Shown here one piece after another: positions 36,916 to 46,919 of a stretch of DNA of 64,000 nt (positions are counted from its first letter, which is position 1; each line of letters opens with the position of its first letter). The stretch spans positions 106,316-170,315 of the forward strand of contig JBBABX010000001.1 of assembly GCA_041657405.1 (NCBI GenBank), in the 5' to 3' direction. A program made the position numbers and the translations under genes. This DNA is from Minisyncoccota bacterium (GTDB lineage: Bacteria; Patescibacteriota; Minisyncoccia; Phycocordibacterales; XYD1-FULL-46-19). Under the pieces are notes generated by a model, which saw only the letters and a list, made by a program, of their open reading frames with translations, was not told where the DNA came from and did not search any database.

Positions 36916-39291
36916 TTACCAATCGGTTGACCCTCTCCCAGCTCTCATGTATTCATAACCAGGAGAAGTTGAGTCACCTATTATATTTGTCTTAATTGTT
37001 GCCAGCAATGTATCAAGCTTATCCTCATTTATTATGGCGTTCAAGCTGCTTGGCCCTAAGTTAACACTAACCTCAACTCTTTCCAGAACATCATCGGGAA
37101 GTTTGGCGATTTCATTGGGAAGAATTTTTTTATCTCTAATTATCGTAGCAACATCTGCTTTTGTGGGAGCTTTTTTCAGGTCTTCGGCTATACTCTTGAG
37201 TTCTTCTTTTCTGTTTTCCTCTTTTTCCTCTTTTTCTTCTTTTGTTTTTGTTTTTTTGTCTTCCTTTAATTTTTTCCGAGCGTCTTTGTCGGTGCCCAAG
37301 ATATTAAAACCAGAAACTAGGCCAGCTTTTGATATTGTTGATGAAACATAATCATTAATACTCATAAGAGGCCTTGGGACAGATGGTTGACCTTTGAAAT
37401 CAAGGGTATCAGCTACCCACTTTTTGCCTTCTTTTATTTTTTCTTTTCCGGTTTCATAGGTTTTTGTTACTCCTCCAGGAACGGCAGTTGCTCGCTCTAT
37501 TCTTCGGGTGCTTGTTTTTAAAGCCTTGGTTAAAACATTAGGTCTTTCGCTTAATTTTGTTCCTGCCCACTGATCAATCTTGACAGAGCCTTTTCTGATC
37601 GCTTTGCCTCCGAGATTTAATCCTGCTGAACCATATCTTACCATAGAGGCCTGAGACTTGCCGGCCCATTTCTTAGAAAAGTCAAGCCCCTTAGCGCCGA
37701 ATTTTTGAGCAATAAAAATACAAGAAGCAATCATTGCCATCACAATCAGTTGTATCATTGTAATCTTCATTAAACCGGTTCCAATTCCAGCGTCTTGGGC
37801 TAAGGTGGATAAGCCCTTATCTCCTAGAATTTTAAAAACAGCAAAAAGCGGAATAAGAAAGGCGGGAGCAAAGAAAGATTGTTTTAGTAAAGCGTCTTGC
37901 CATTTTGTGTAAGAATCTTTAAACATTGGAATGAGTCTAAGTGTGAGACCGATTGGTGAGAAAACATAAACAAATAAAAGTGTAACAGTTCGAATAAGAA
38001 ACATAATAGACCCGGCAAGTAAGACAAAAGAGGCCATTAAGATAATAATAATGCTACCCAAAGAGCCTATGACAATTTGAAAAAATCCAAGTCTTGTTGT
38101 TGTGACCTCGTCTCCTTCATAATCATCAATTTCATCAATTGGCACAACGTGGGCGCTTAGATCCAGCTTGCTTACTAAAGCTGTTCCAATATTTGCGTTC
38201 ACTCGGTCTAGAATCCAAGCTTCGTTGGCTTGGGGGTCGTAACTCATTCGAGAATAAAACTCATAAGCTATAACATTACTAGCATCAATTACTACTCTTA
38301 CTAGAAAACCACTAAAATTTACTAGTAAAGCAATTATAATAACCTCTACAATTAATTTTTTACTATTACCACCAATAGAGATATCAAAAATAACACTTAT
38401 GGCAATATAGAGCAGAATAAAAATGAAAGATAGATTGGCTAAATCACGCATCACTTTCCACGCAGCATCAATTCCTGTAGATGCTATAAGGCTTTTAAAG
38501 CTTACAATGGAAATATAAATAGAAAGGTCAAAGATAGAACTAGAAATCCACAAAATAGTGCCAAATATTTTTAAGATGAGAGTAGAAATACCAGCGGCAA
38601 TAGATAGAACACAAGCCATCGGATTAATTCCAAACCAGTAAAGACATTGGTTTTTATTTTCTTCAATTTCCTTAATAATTTCTTCATTGGCTTCATTTGC
38701 AATTTCTTGTCTTCCTGCAATATGTTCAAAATATTCTTCGTCTGTTCCTTCCCAATACTCTGGTATTGCAATATCTCTCTCTTCCGGATTGGTTCTGATT
38801 AATTCCTGAAATCTATTCATAGCATATCTGTTTTCTTCTGTTGTTCCGATTCCAGGTTTTTGAAAACTAATACCGTTGTCTATTGCTTCTTGGCGTGCCA
38901 GCAGATAGTCTTTTGTGGTCCTATCCCCTCTTTCTAGAAGGAGATCAATGGTTGATCTTTGTTCAGGGGTCCATGGGACTTGTTCTATTTCCTCTTTAAT
39001 TTCATTTAGTTTTCTGTCGTAATAATAAAACTTCTCATCAAGTTCATTGTTTGTTGTGTTGCCAATACCACCAGTTACCCGAGTCCAAAAACTGTCGTCA
39101 CTATCTATTCCTGAAGGCAACTTTTCCATATTGTTTACAAGCGTACCTAATTGAGCAGTGAGTTTTTCCTGTTCAGTCCTAGTATCTGGTATTGGACCTT
39201 GGGCTGAAATCTTAGAAGGAAGACTATAAAAAACGACAATTCCTAAAAGAATAAAAAGTAGAATCTTGTTTATCTTCAATATAGACTTCAT
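36916..39291 (-). CDS. VirB6/TrbL-like polytopic membrane protein
   Basis: WKVMRDLANLSFIFILLYIA, IIALLVNFS..LVRVVIDASN, multiple TM helices, charged C-terminal tail. Confidence 0.75.
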   Translation of the reverse strand: MKSILKINKILLFILLGIVVFYSLPSKISAQGPIPDTRTEQEKLTAQLGTLVNNMEKLPSGIDSDDSFWTRVTGGIGNTTNNELDEKFYYYDRKLNEIKEEIEQVPWTPEQRSTIDLLLERGDRTTKDYLLARQEAIDNGISFQKPGIGTTEENRYAMNRFQELIRTNPEERDIAIPEYWEGTDEEYFEHIAGRQEIANEANEEIIKEIEENKNQCLYWFGINPMACVLSIAAGISTLILKIFGTILWISSSIFDLSIYISIVSFKSLIASTGIDAAWKVMRDLANLSFIFILLYIAISVIFDISIGGNSKKLIVEVIIIALLVNFSGFLVRVVIDASNVIAYEFYSRMSYDPQANEAWILDRVNANIGTALVSKLDLSAHVVPIDEIDDYEGDEVTTTRLGFFQIVIGSLGSIIIILMASFVLLAGSIMFLIRTVTLLFVYVFSPIGLTLRLIPMFKDSYTKWQDALLKQSFFAPAFLIPLFAVFKILGDKGLSTLAQDAGIGTGLMKITMIQLIVMAMIASCIFIAQKFGAKGLDFSKKWAGKSQASMVRYGSAGLNLGGKAIRKGSVKIDQWAGTKLSERPNVLTKALKTSTRRIERATAVPGGVTKTYETGKEKIKEGKKWVADTLDFKGQPSVPRPLMSINDYVSSTISKAGLVSGFNILGTDKDARKKLKEDKKTKTKEEKEEKEENRKEELKSIAEDLKKAPTKADVATIIRDKKILPNEIAKLPDDVLERVEVSVNLGPSSLNAIINEDKLDTLLATIKTNIIGDSTSPGYEYMRAGRGSTDW

Positions 39292-42200
39292 TTATCTTTC
39301 TATATCAATTATTTTTATAACCTCAGAATTATCATTGAAACACAATACCTTGTAGATAAGCTCAGAGCGTCTAATTGTTAAAGTAGAATTGCTTTCATTA
39401 AGGCTGACATCTAACCAAGTTATTCCTCGTTCGGTCAATTCATTATTTAATTTTATCACAATATCATCTAACGACGTAGCAGAAAAATTAATCACATTAC
39501 CGTCTATGTTTATTTTAATTTGACCAGTAACAGATATATTTGAAAAATCAAAGGTTAATTTTTCAGTAAGATAATCTGTTGTAATTGTTGTGGTAGGGGT
39601 AATTTCCTTTGGTTCTCCATCGCCTTCATTAATTGTAACAGAACCTTTCATTGGAATAGGTAAAGAAATTATCTTTTCCCCCAATTTCCCAAGATATTCC
39701 ATTTTTTTCATTGCTATTATTATTTCTCCATTTTTTCCTCTACCCAACCAATTATTATCAACTTCGCAAGTGGAATTCGGTGTAAACCAAACTAATTTAA
39801 TTTGATTAGGTTTTTGACCGGAACTGATTTCTGCTATGCTTGGCGATAAAGCTTTTGTTTGGACTAATGGCGGTTGTCCCTGAAATGAGTTTTGAGCTTG
39901 GGTTAGTAGAATGTTTAAAATATTTAGCATTAACTCACTATTATTTTCGTCAGACTCACTATTGTTCCAAAGACTAGATAATTGAGAAAGTAAATTACTC
40001 CAGTTTAAACTATTTTCACCAGTTCCAGTTGTCCCTCCAGTTCCAGTCTCTCCAAAACCACCCGTTGAAAGAGTGCCAGTATTGTTTTGCTGGGTTTGTT
40101 GGACAGTTTGTTGAGTTTTGCTGGGGTCAATAACAGGGATTTTTTGTCCATCAGCACCAGGGCCTGGTTTGGTATTTTGCCCAGAACCAGCAGCAGCAAT
40201 GGTTGGGGTTTCATAGTTGCCAGTTGCTGATTCGTGGGCGTCAGGAGCACTATCTGTTGGTTGCGACTCAGGTCCCCCAGGTACAAGATAGGTGTTATAT
40301 TTAGCTAATAAAGCACTAGACAAAGTGTCTTTGACAATTATCCCCGGCGCGCCTTCTCCGGCAACGGTCTCCCATTTTCGGCAAGCTACCAAATTTCCGT
40401 CTTGGTCTTTAATTTCATCAACACATTTACGTCCAGAGGGCAAGATTCCTTGTCCGGCTAAGTATTCATCTCGGGCATTAGCTTCAGCGATATTTTGTGC
40501 TCGGTTTTTAGCTTCTATGGCTAGCATGCTTGAGCCATAAGGATTATTTTCCGGATCGGTTATTTTAAACCACATATTCCAAAAATCAGTAGCTGACGAG
40601 GAATCAGTATTTACTGACTGATTTTCAGCTGAAGCGGTTTTCCAAAAAGCTAGCCGACTTAAGGGTTTACTGATAAAGTTTGGCAAATAAGCCAACAAAC
40701 GTTTGCTAAAACTAGGAGAATAGGCGGTTTGAATGGCATTTTTGTTTCCAGCCTCTTTAAATTTTTTAATGTCTTCTTTACTGATTGTTGAATCAATTTG
40801 GCTTAAACTTTCATCATTTATTAATTCAGCCAATCCTTCTTTATAAAGATTTTTTGAATTATTGATATCTGCCAAAACAACTTGTTTCGCTTCCTCATCA
40901 ATTTCATTCAAGTGTTCCCCTAAATTTTTAGGAAAAGCTTGAGTGTTGACATATTGTCCGTCAACAATTTTAGTGTAACCAGTTTTAATTAAGCTGTCTG
41001 GGTTGTCTTTACCAGCGATATCATTAGCATATTTTGCCAAGGCTTCCAGTCTGGTGCGATTGGCATTAGCCTCGTCTGCAATTTTCATTGATTCAATACT
41101 GGTCTGGATGCGTCTGATAGCACGTAGATGGGTACAAATTTGGATACTCAAATCTCGGATTTCTTGAGTGGTTTTGTCAATACTTGCGGTTTGTTTGTCG
41201 GTATTTTGTGTCGCAGTCATTAATTGTCCTTGTTGTTCTACAACTGGAACATATAAACCACCACCAACTAGACCGGTTACTGACCCAAGAATTCCTCCTC
41301 CTCCGCCCAAGAATTGTCCAACAATGGGAATATTAGAAACTTGATCTAAAATTCCACCTGGTATTTTATCCAAGGCGGCGCTGACAATATCGCCTGGTGC
41401 ACCGGATAAGGCGGCTTGTAGAATAGAGTTGTCACCGCCTAAAAGGAAATTACCCAAAGCGTTATCGGTTAAATTAGGCAAGATGCCGCCAAAACCATCG
41501 CCAAGTGTTGACAAGGTGTGATTGATGGCATTAGATCCCAACCCTTCAAAAATATTATTTAAATTGCCTGTAGAAATACCATTTACTAGATTAGACAAAG
41601 CATCACCGCCAATATTACCAAAAATATTATTGATAGCACCATCGCCTAATATTGGTAAAATATTATCCATCATATTAGTTCCCAATGAATTAATCAGGTC
41701 TCCCGCAGCAGCACCGCCAAGTTCGGAAAATACTATGCCCCAGTTTTCGTTGGAGATACTGCTTAAAATATTTTCAAAGTTACCAGCTCCAAGATTGCCA
41801 AATACGGAATCTAGTCCAAGTCCGCTCATGCTAGGGATCACATCATTTAAAAAATTGGGACCAAGACTTTCAATTAATTTGCCTGCGGTAGAAATACCGA
41901 CACTCTCAAATATGTTTTCTAAACTATCCTTACCCAAACTATTCATTACTCCTTGTATTAAATCTCCTGAACCACTAGCGATTATATTATTTACACTACC
42001 ACTGCCTAGATTATTGAAGACTTGTTCTAAGATGCTGTCATTTCCACGTCTTAATAAATTATCTATTCCAGCTTGGTCTAATTGTCCGATTAAGGTGTTT
42101 ACAGTTTCGTCTTCTAAATTACCCAAGAATGAATCGAAGCCGGTAACGGACATATTGGAGAAAATATTATTAATTGAAGGTTCCACCAAAAGATCGGCGA

Positions 42201-43419
42201 TATTATTAAGGGTGTTATTATCTAAACGAGGAACAATATTATTTATATTTGAACTACTTAAATTGTCAAAAACCGTATTTAGAGAATTGAAAGACATTTG
42301 CTCTAATAAATCAGATAAAGCTGAAGTGTTCATTTGTGAAAAATCTTGATTAATTTGAGTAGCGCTCATACTAGAAATTATTTCCTGTAAATTTTCGGTG
42401 GAAATGTTTGAAGGGTCAATTAAATTACCACCTAGGTTGACGCTAGAATCAGCATTAACGATATTAATCAGACTGATTTTTTTGATTTTTTTGCCAAGCC
42501 AAGAAAAGAATGATTGAACTTTATTTTTTACCAACTGTAAACTATTTTGATTGTCTTGATTTGTTGACAAGGCTACATTTCCTCCTGACACAGAGGATTT
42601 TTTTTCCTTAAATTGAATATGCCAATGGTTACCTTCATCTAAAAAGATATCGCCAGTATCCAAGACATAATAAGTCCCAAGATTAGAAGTATAAGAATCA
42701 ACCATATGATTATTTACATATTGTCGACTTTGGGTAGTTGGAGAAATATCTACTACGTTTTGTCCAGGTCCATGAGTGCGGTGTCCAGTTTCAGTGCCGC
42801 CTGTTAATAAAATACCTCCTCCTCCCATCTCTTGATTCATTTCTCCCAACCTGTCTATAGAAAGTTGTGGCAATCCCGCAACATCAGTGCAGCCTCCTGG
42901 AACTGTTCTGTAATCTCGGCCGTTACATGGCTCCTTGTTGACATTAATGCCTTGAGAAGCCAAAGTTTCTCTGGTTGCTTGTTCGTTATCACCCAAAGTG
43001 CCACTACTGCCAACTGGACTACTTCCACTGGGTGGAGTAAGCCCACTCCCTAAATTAGATATTCCACCAAATCCACCAACTTGAGCTTGACAAGCTTCAA
43101 AATCAGCTTGTTGTAATTGTAATAATCTTTGCGCTTCTTGTTGGGCTGTTTGGATATTTGATTGGCTTAATTGAGTAATCGCGTTTTGCGCTGTTCCCGG
43201 ATTTCCACCAATATTTCCCAGGCTGTTTAAATCGTTATTTAAAAAATATTCTAAGTCTAATGATCCTGTTGGAGAAGTTCTAGAATCGTCAAAAATAACA
43301 GAAGTCGGGTCATTCCATAGTCCCTCATCTATTATAAGAGCAAAAACTTGGTTAACAAAACCAAAAATTAATAAGACTGAGATAATAAATAAAAAATTTT
43401 TCGCTTTTTTAAATTTCAT
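39292..43419 (-). CDS. Large secreted multidomain protein: M15-like Zn-peptidase domain plus long G/N/L/S-rich helical repeat region
   Basis: Signal peptide from ATG 43419; THGPGQNVVD...HWH motif; ~12-residue periodic low-complexity segment. Confidence 0.7.
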   Translation of the reverse strand: MKFKKAKNFLFIISVLLIFGFVNQVFALIIDEGLWNDPTSVIFDDSRTSPTGSLDLEYFLNNDLNSLGNIGGNPGTAQNAITQLSQSNIQTAQQEAQRLLQLQQADFEACQAQVGGFGGISNLGSGLTPPSGSSPVGSSGTLGDNEQATRETLASQGINVNKEPCNGRDYRTVPGGCTDVAGLPQLSIDRLGEMNQEMGGGGILLTGGTETGHRTHGPGQNVVDISPTTQSRQYVNNHMVDSYTSNLGTYYVLDTGDIFLDEGNHWHIQFKEKKSSVSGGNVALSTNQDNQNSLQLVKNKVQSFFSWLGKKIKKISLINIVNADSSVNLGGNLIDPSNISTENLQEIISSMSATQINQDFSQMNTSALSDLLEQMSFNSLNTVFDNLSSSNINNIVPRLDNNTLNNIADLLVEPSINNIFSNMSVTGFDSFLGNLEDETVNTLIGQLDQAGIDNLLRRGNDSILEQVFNNLGSGSVNNIIASGSGDLIQGVMNSLGKDSLENIFESVGISTAGKLIESLGPNFLNDVIPSMSGLGLDSVFGNLGAGNFENILSSISNENWGIVFSELGGAAAGDLINSLGTNMMDNILPILGDGAINNIFGNIGGDALSNLVNGISTGNLNNIFEGLGSNAINHTLSTLGDGFGGILPNLTDNALGNFLLGGDNSILQAALSGAPGDIVSAALDKIPGGILDQVSNIPIVGQFLGGGGGILGSVTGLVGGGLYVPVVEQQGQLMTATQNTDKQTASIDKTTQEIRDLSIQICTHLRAIRRIQTSIESMKIADEANANRTRLEALAKYANDIAGKDNPDSLIKTGYTKIVDGQYVNTQAFPKNLGEHLNEIDEEAKQVVLADINNSKNLYKEGLAELINDESLSQIDSTISKEDIKKFKEAGNKNAIQTAYSPSFSKRLLAYLPNFISKPLSRLAFWKTASAENQSVNTDSSSATDFWNMWFKITDPENNPYGSSMLAIEAKNRAQNIAEANARDEYLAGQGILPSGRKCVDEIKDQDGNLVACRKWETVAGEGAPGIIVKDTLSSALLAKYNTYLVPGGPESQPTDSAPDAHESATGNYETPTIAAAGSGQNTKPGPGADGQKIPVIDPSKTQQTVQQTQQNNTGTLSTGGFGETGTGGTTGTGENSLNWSNLLSQLSSLWNNSESDENNSELMLNILNILLTQAQNSFQGQPPLVQTKALSPSIAEISSGQKPNQIKLVWFTPNSTCEVDNNWLGRGKNGEIIIAMKKMEYLGKLGEKIISLPIPMKGSVTINEGDGEPKEITPTTTITTDYLTEKLTFDFSNISVTGQIKINIDGNVINFSATSLDDIVIKLNNELTERGITWLDVSLNESNSTLTIRRSELIYKVLCFNDNSEVIKIIDIER

Positions 43420-44116
43420 TTTTATCTTTTTTAAAAGTGATAACAATCTTATATTCTGGACCAATAACACCTGTTTTTTGTAAGAAATCGTTTAATTTGG
43501 TTGTCAAATTAATTATTGTTCCCGTTTCATTAAGATAAGTTTGTCCGCTTTGTAGGGCTAATACGGGTTCATCTAGGGCTTTTTCCATTTGTCCAGCTAA
43601 AAAGGAAAGTTTTTGTAAAGAAACAACCAAATCTTTTTGGAAGACCGCTGTTTCGGCGGGTGCTGGTAATTTTATTAATCTGTTAATGATTGAATCAAAA
43701 GTTAGACGGGCAGAAACTATATCTTTGATCAAAATTGGGTCATTATTATCCATTGCTTCTAACATTATTCGAACCTCGTGTTTGCGATTACCAGAAAGAG
43801 GCTTAAGAATATCAATTAAATTTTGGACATATGTTTGCAAATCATCTTCTGTAACTGTCGCCAACACGTCTAATTCAATTTCTTCTTCAAATAAACTAGT
43901 GACATTAAAATTTTGTAAAGCCCCCTTTTTTTCTAGATTATCTTCTACAATATTTCGCAAATTGCGATTTTTTTCTATAATCTCGGCCAAAATTTCTGCT
44001 TCATATTTTTCGCGTTGAGCACGATTTTTAAAACCAACATACCACAAAACCCCCAAAGTTATAATCAGGAGTATAACTATTAAAAATATTATTTTGCGAC
44101 TTGGTAATCGATTCAA
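43409..44116 (-). CDS. Membrane-anchored helical hypothetical protein
   Basis: LPSRK followed by a TM helix, then a helical body; TTG start. Confidence 0.65.
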   Translation of the reverse strand: MNRLPSRKIIFLIVILLIITLGVLWYVGFKNRAQREKYEAEILAEIIEKNRNLRNIVEDNLEKKGALQNFNVTSLFEEEIELDVLATVTEDDLQTYVQNLIDILKPLSGNRKHEVRIMLEAMDNNDPILIKDIVSARLTFDSIINRLIKLPAPAETAVFQKDLVVSLQKLSFLAGQMEKALDEPVLALQSGQTYLNETGTIINLTTKLNDFLQKTGVIGPEYKIVITFKKDKNEI

Positions 44117-44216
44117 AATTATAATTCTATTATACCGTTTGTTGAGCTGTTTGGTAAATGTTTTTTCATCAAAAAAAGTGGATAAAAAAGACGGATTGAA
44201 TTATGATAGAATAGAA

Positions 44217-45074
44217 ATGTTTAAATTTTTCGAATTAAATAAATTAAGATTTTTTTTTAGGTTGAGTTATCAAAGTTTTTTGCTTTTTATCATAACCTTA
44301 CTGTTTTACTGGCCGTTTGTTTCCATGGGTTTTGTTTTTGAAAAAAATGTTGCCGAAGGCGAAGAAGATTTAAGTATAAAAAATTTACAGATTGTTCTCA
44401 ACCAGGACGAAAAGACGCAAGTCGCTGAGTCCGGCGCCGGCTCGCCTGGTCTGGAAACCAATTTTTTTGGTGCCAGGACTCGTGGGGCATTAACTCGTTT
44501 TCAACGTCTAAACAGTATTTCTGGTGAATATGGCTTGGTGGGACCTAAAACTAGGTTGGCTTTAAATAGAAAACTAGCCGAAACATATTTTGCCAAAACC
44601 TCAACTTCTACAAGCGAATTCTCTGGCCAACTGTTGGAAATTCAAAAGCCCTTTGTTTTGAAGCTTCCTTTTGGGGTGCGTGGTAATGCTACTCGTTTAG
44701 CCGACAAAAAATCACCTTATCTTAAGCGTTTAGAAAAAAAAGAAGAATCTGGCAATAAAAAACTGGAAATTGTTGGTAAGCCAAAAATTGTCTCCCTATC
44801 GCCTACCAGAGGTGTCTATGGTACCCGTGTGACGATTAAGGGTGAAAATTTCACGAGTGTTGGCAATACAATTTATACCGGCTATAGTATTTTAAAAAAT
44901 ATTTCTTCCTCAGACAAAAAAACATTGACTTTTACTGCTAACGCTTTTGGAACCGAATATCAGCAATCTCGTGGTCTAATTAATTATTTTAAGCCATTTT
45001 CAATTCCATTCTTGGTTTATGTTAAAAATACTAATGGCCAAAGTAATAGTTTAATATTTAATTATCAGTTTTAA
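44217..45074 (+). CDS. Peptidoglycan-binding domain plus IPT/TIG domain protein
   Basis: LQIVLN...GSPGLETNFFGARTRGALTRFQ...GLVGPKTR; PKIVSLSP..G..GTRVTIKGENF; start uncertain. Confidence 0.75.
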   Translation: MFKFFELNKLRFFFRLSYQSFLLFIITLLFYWPFVSMGFVFEKNVAEGEEDLSIKNLQIVLNQDEKTQVAESGAGSPGLETNFFGARTRGALTRFQRLNSISGEYGLVGPKTRLALNRKLAETYFAKTSTSTSEFSGQLLEIQKPFVLKLPFGVRGNATRLADKKSPYLKRLEKKEESGNKKLEIVGKPKIVSLSPTRGVYGTRVTIKGENFTSVGNTIYTGYSILKNISSSDKKTLTFTANAFGTEYQQSRGLINYFKPFSIPFLVYVKNTNGQSNSLIFNYQF

Positions 45075-46072
45075 TGAAAAAACGTTCAACTCAACTCTTT
45101 TTTTTACTTATGGCCATTGTTTTGTTTATGGTCGGCTGTCCTGTTGCTAAAGCGCAAGTGGGGCAAATTCCCTTTGGTGGTTTGATTGTTAAAGTGTTGC
45201 CTTGCTTGGTTAGTGGCAATATCATGATTACCCACACGTCAGTAGCTGGCTCGCCAATAGTTATGTATCAGCCAGGGGTTAGTAGGCTTTATTCATATTT
45301 TCAATTAACACCTGGCAATTGGATGCTTGGTAATACCTTGGGGATGGCGCCTTGTTTGCAACTTGTTCCTTTTCCACCTTTTGTCATCAATTTAGGCACC
45401 TATCCTTTAATTTCTATGGTAGGAACTTCGGGTGCGGGGATGACGGCTGGATCGGGCGCTGATGTTGGTGGTTTGAATAATGACGACTTTGGCAGTCTTA
45501 GTAGGGCTGATAATGAGGATATTACACCAGCGGTTTATGAATCAATAGAGCCTTGTGGTGAAAGTGATAACACAACTTCGTCTTATATTATTGCTAATGA
45601 GGGTTGGCGAAACTCTCCATATTTTGATTCATTAGGAAATCGCACGATTGGAGTGGGTCACCTTATTACTGGCGATGAGCCTTTTAATGCCAATCAGATT
45701 TTAACCAACGATCAGGTGGCGGCTTTGTATGAGCAAGATTATATTAGGGCAAAAGAGGAAGCCATTTTGGCCGCCGCCGCTCACGGAGTTGATTTTGATT
45801 CCTTGTCAGACACTAGGCAGGCGGTTTTGATAGACATGTCCTTTAATATGGGAGCACAAGGAGGAGGAGGCTTGGCGGGTTTTCATAATATGTGGAGTGA
45901 AATTGCTAAAGATAATTGGAACGGGGCGGCGAATGAAATTTTAGACAGCCAATACGGTAGTCAATTAAAAGAACGTTCTCGTCGCAACGCTGAAGCTATG
46001 CGAACTGATGATCGTTCAATTCTTGATAAACACATTAATTCCGATTTTCAAGCTTGGCAATTTTGTGAATGA
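45074..46072 (+). CDS. Secreted protein with C-terminal T4-type (GH24) lysozyme domain
   Basis: NEGWRNSPYFDSLGNRTIGVGH (E-8-D-5-T triad), RQAVLIDMSFNMG, AANEILDS. Confidence 0.85.
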   Translation: MKKRSTQLFFLLMAIVLFMVGCPVAKAQVGQIPFGGLIVKVLPCLVSGNIMITHTSVAGSPIVMYQPGVSRLYSYFQLTPGNWMLGNTLGMAPCLQLVPFPPFVINLGTYPLISMVGTSGAGMTAGSGADVGGLNNDDFGSLSRADNEDITPAVYESIEPCGESDNTTSSYIIANEGWRNSPYFDSLGNRTIGVGHLITGDEPFNANQILTNDQVAALYEQDYIRAKEEAILAAAAHGVDFDSLSDTRQAVLIDMSFNMGAQGGGGLAGFHNMWSEIAKDNWNGAANEILDSQYGSQLKERSRRNAEAMRTDDRSILDKHINSDFQAWQFCE

Positions 46073-46093
46073 ACTTAATTTTTTAATTTCAAT

Positions 46094-46900
46094 TTAGTTT
46101 TTAAATCGTTTTGTTTTTAAAAGGCATAACCAGTCAGGTAATTTTAGGTCTTCAGCGCGAAGATCGGGGTTCAAGTTGCAAAGCTGCCAATTTTCTGCTG
46201 GCAATTTGAGATGATTTCCTAGTTTTTTGCGTTTTTGGGAAAAACCTTGTCGTAATAAATCAAAGAATCTAGATTCTTCTTCAGCTTGGAAATTATTTCT
46301 GGAGATATTATGAATTAAGAGAATAGCTGAATCTACTTTTGGTTTAGGGACAAAGGCTCCAGATGGCACGGTCTTGATATACTTTGGTTCACCAAAGGTT
46401 TTAACTGAAAGTGATAAAAGACTTTCTTTTTCATCGCGGGCGACAATTCTTCTGGCGACTTCTTTTTGGAGCATTAATACCATTTTTGTCGGCTGGATTT
46501 TTTCTTCGCTCAAAAATTTTCGGATAACTTGACCGGTAATATAATATGGAATATTGGCGATTAATTTGTAGTTTATCTTTAGTTTTTTAGTTTTTGGAGA
46601 TGAGAAAGAAGATAAAAGAGTAGAAAAATTTGTTTTTAAAATATCGCCATAAATAAGAATAAATTGCTTATCCTTAATTTGGTTTGCAAACTTTTTAGAT
46701 AAAAATTCAATTAAGCGGTTATCTTTTTCCACCGCGATGACTCGAGCACCGACGGCAAACAAGGCTTCGGTTAATATCCCCTGTCCCGGACCAATTTCCA
46801 AAACCAATTCATTTTTATGCAGATCAGCGGACTTGATCATTTCTTTTATTGCTGATTTAGATTTTAGCCAATTTTGTCCAAGTGTTTTTTTCGCTTTCAT
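46094..46900 (-). CDS. rsmA: 16S rRNA dimethyltransferase RsmA/KsgA
   Basis: KKTLGQNWL, LEIGPGQG, ANIPYYIT, PKPKVDSA. Confidence 0.97.
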   Translation of the reverse strand: MKAKKTLGQNWLKSKSAIKEMIKSADLHKNELVLEIGPGQGILTEALFAVGARVIAVEKDNRLIEFLSKKFANQIKDKQFILIYGDILKTNFSTLLSSFSSPKTKKLKINYKLIANIPYYITGQVIRKFLSEEKIQPTKMVLMLQKEVARRIVARDEKESLLSLSVKTFGEPKYIKTVPSGAFVPKPKVDSAILLIHNISRNNFQAEEESRFFDLLRQGFSQKRKKLGNHLKLPAENWQLCNLNPDLRAEDLKLPDWLCLLKTKRFKN

Positions 46901-46919
46901 TGTATCTCGTTTATATTTT

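Noticed and set aside
41522-42349. 275-aa plus-strand ORF
   Set aside because: Antisense shadow of the low-complexity repeat region of the large secreted protein.
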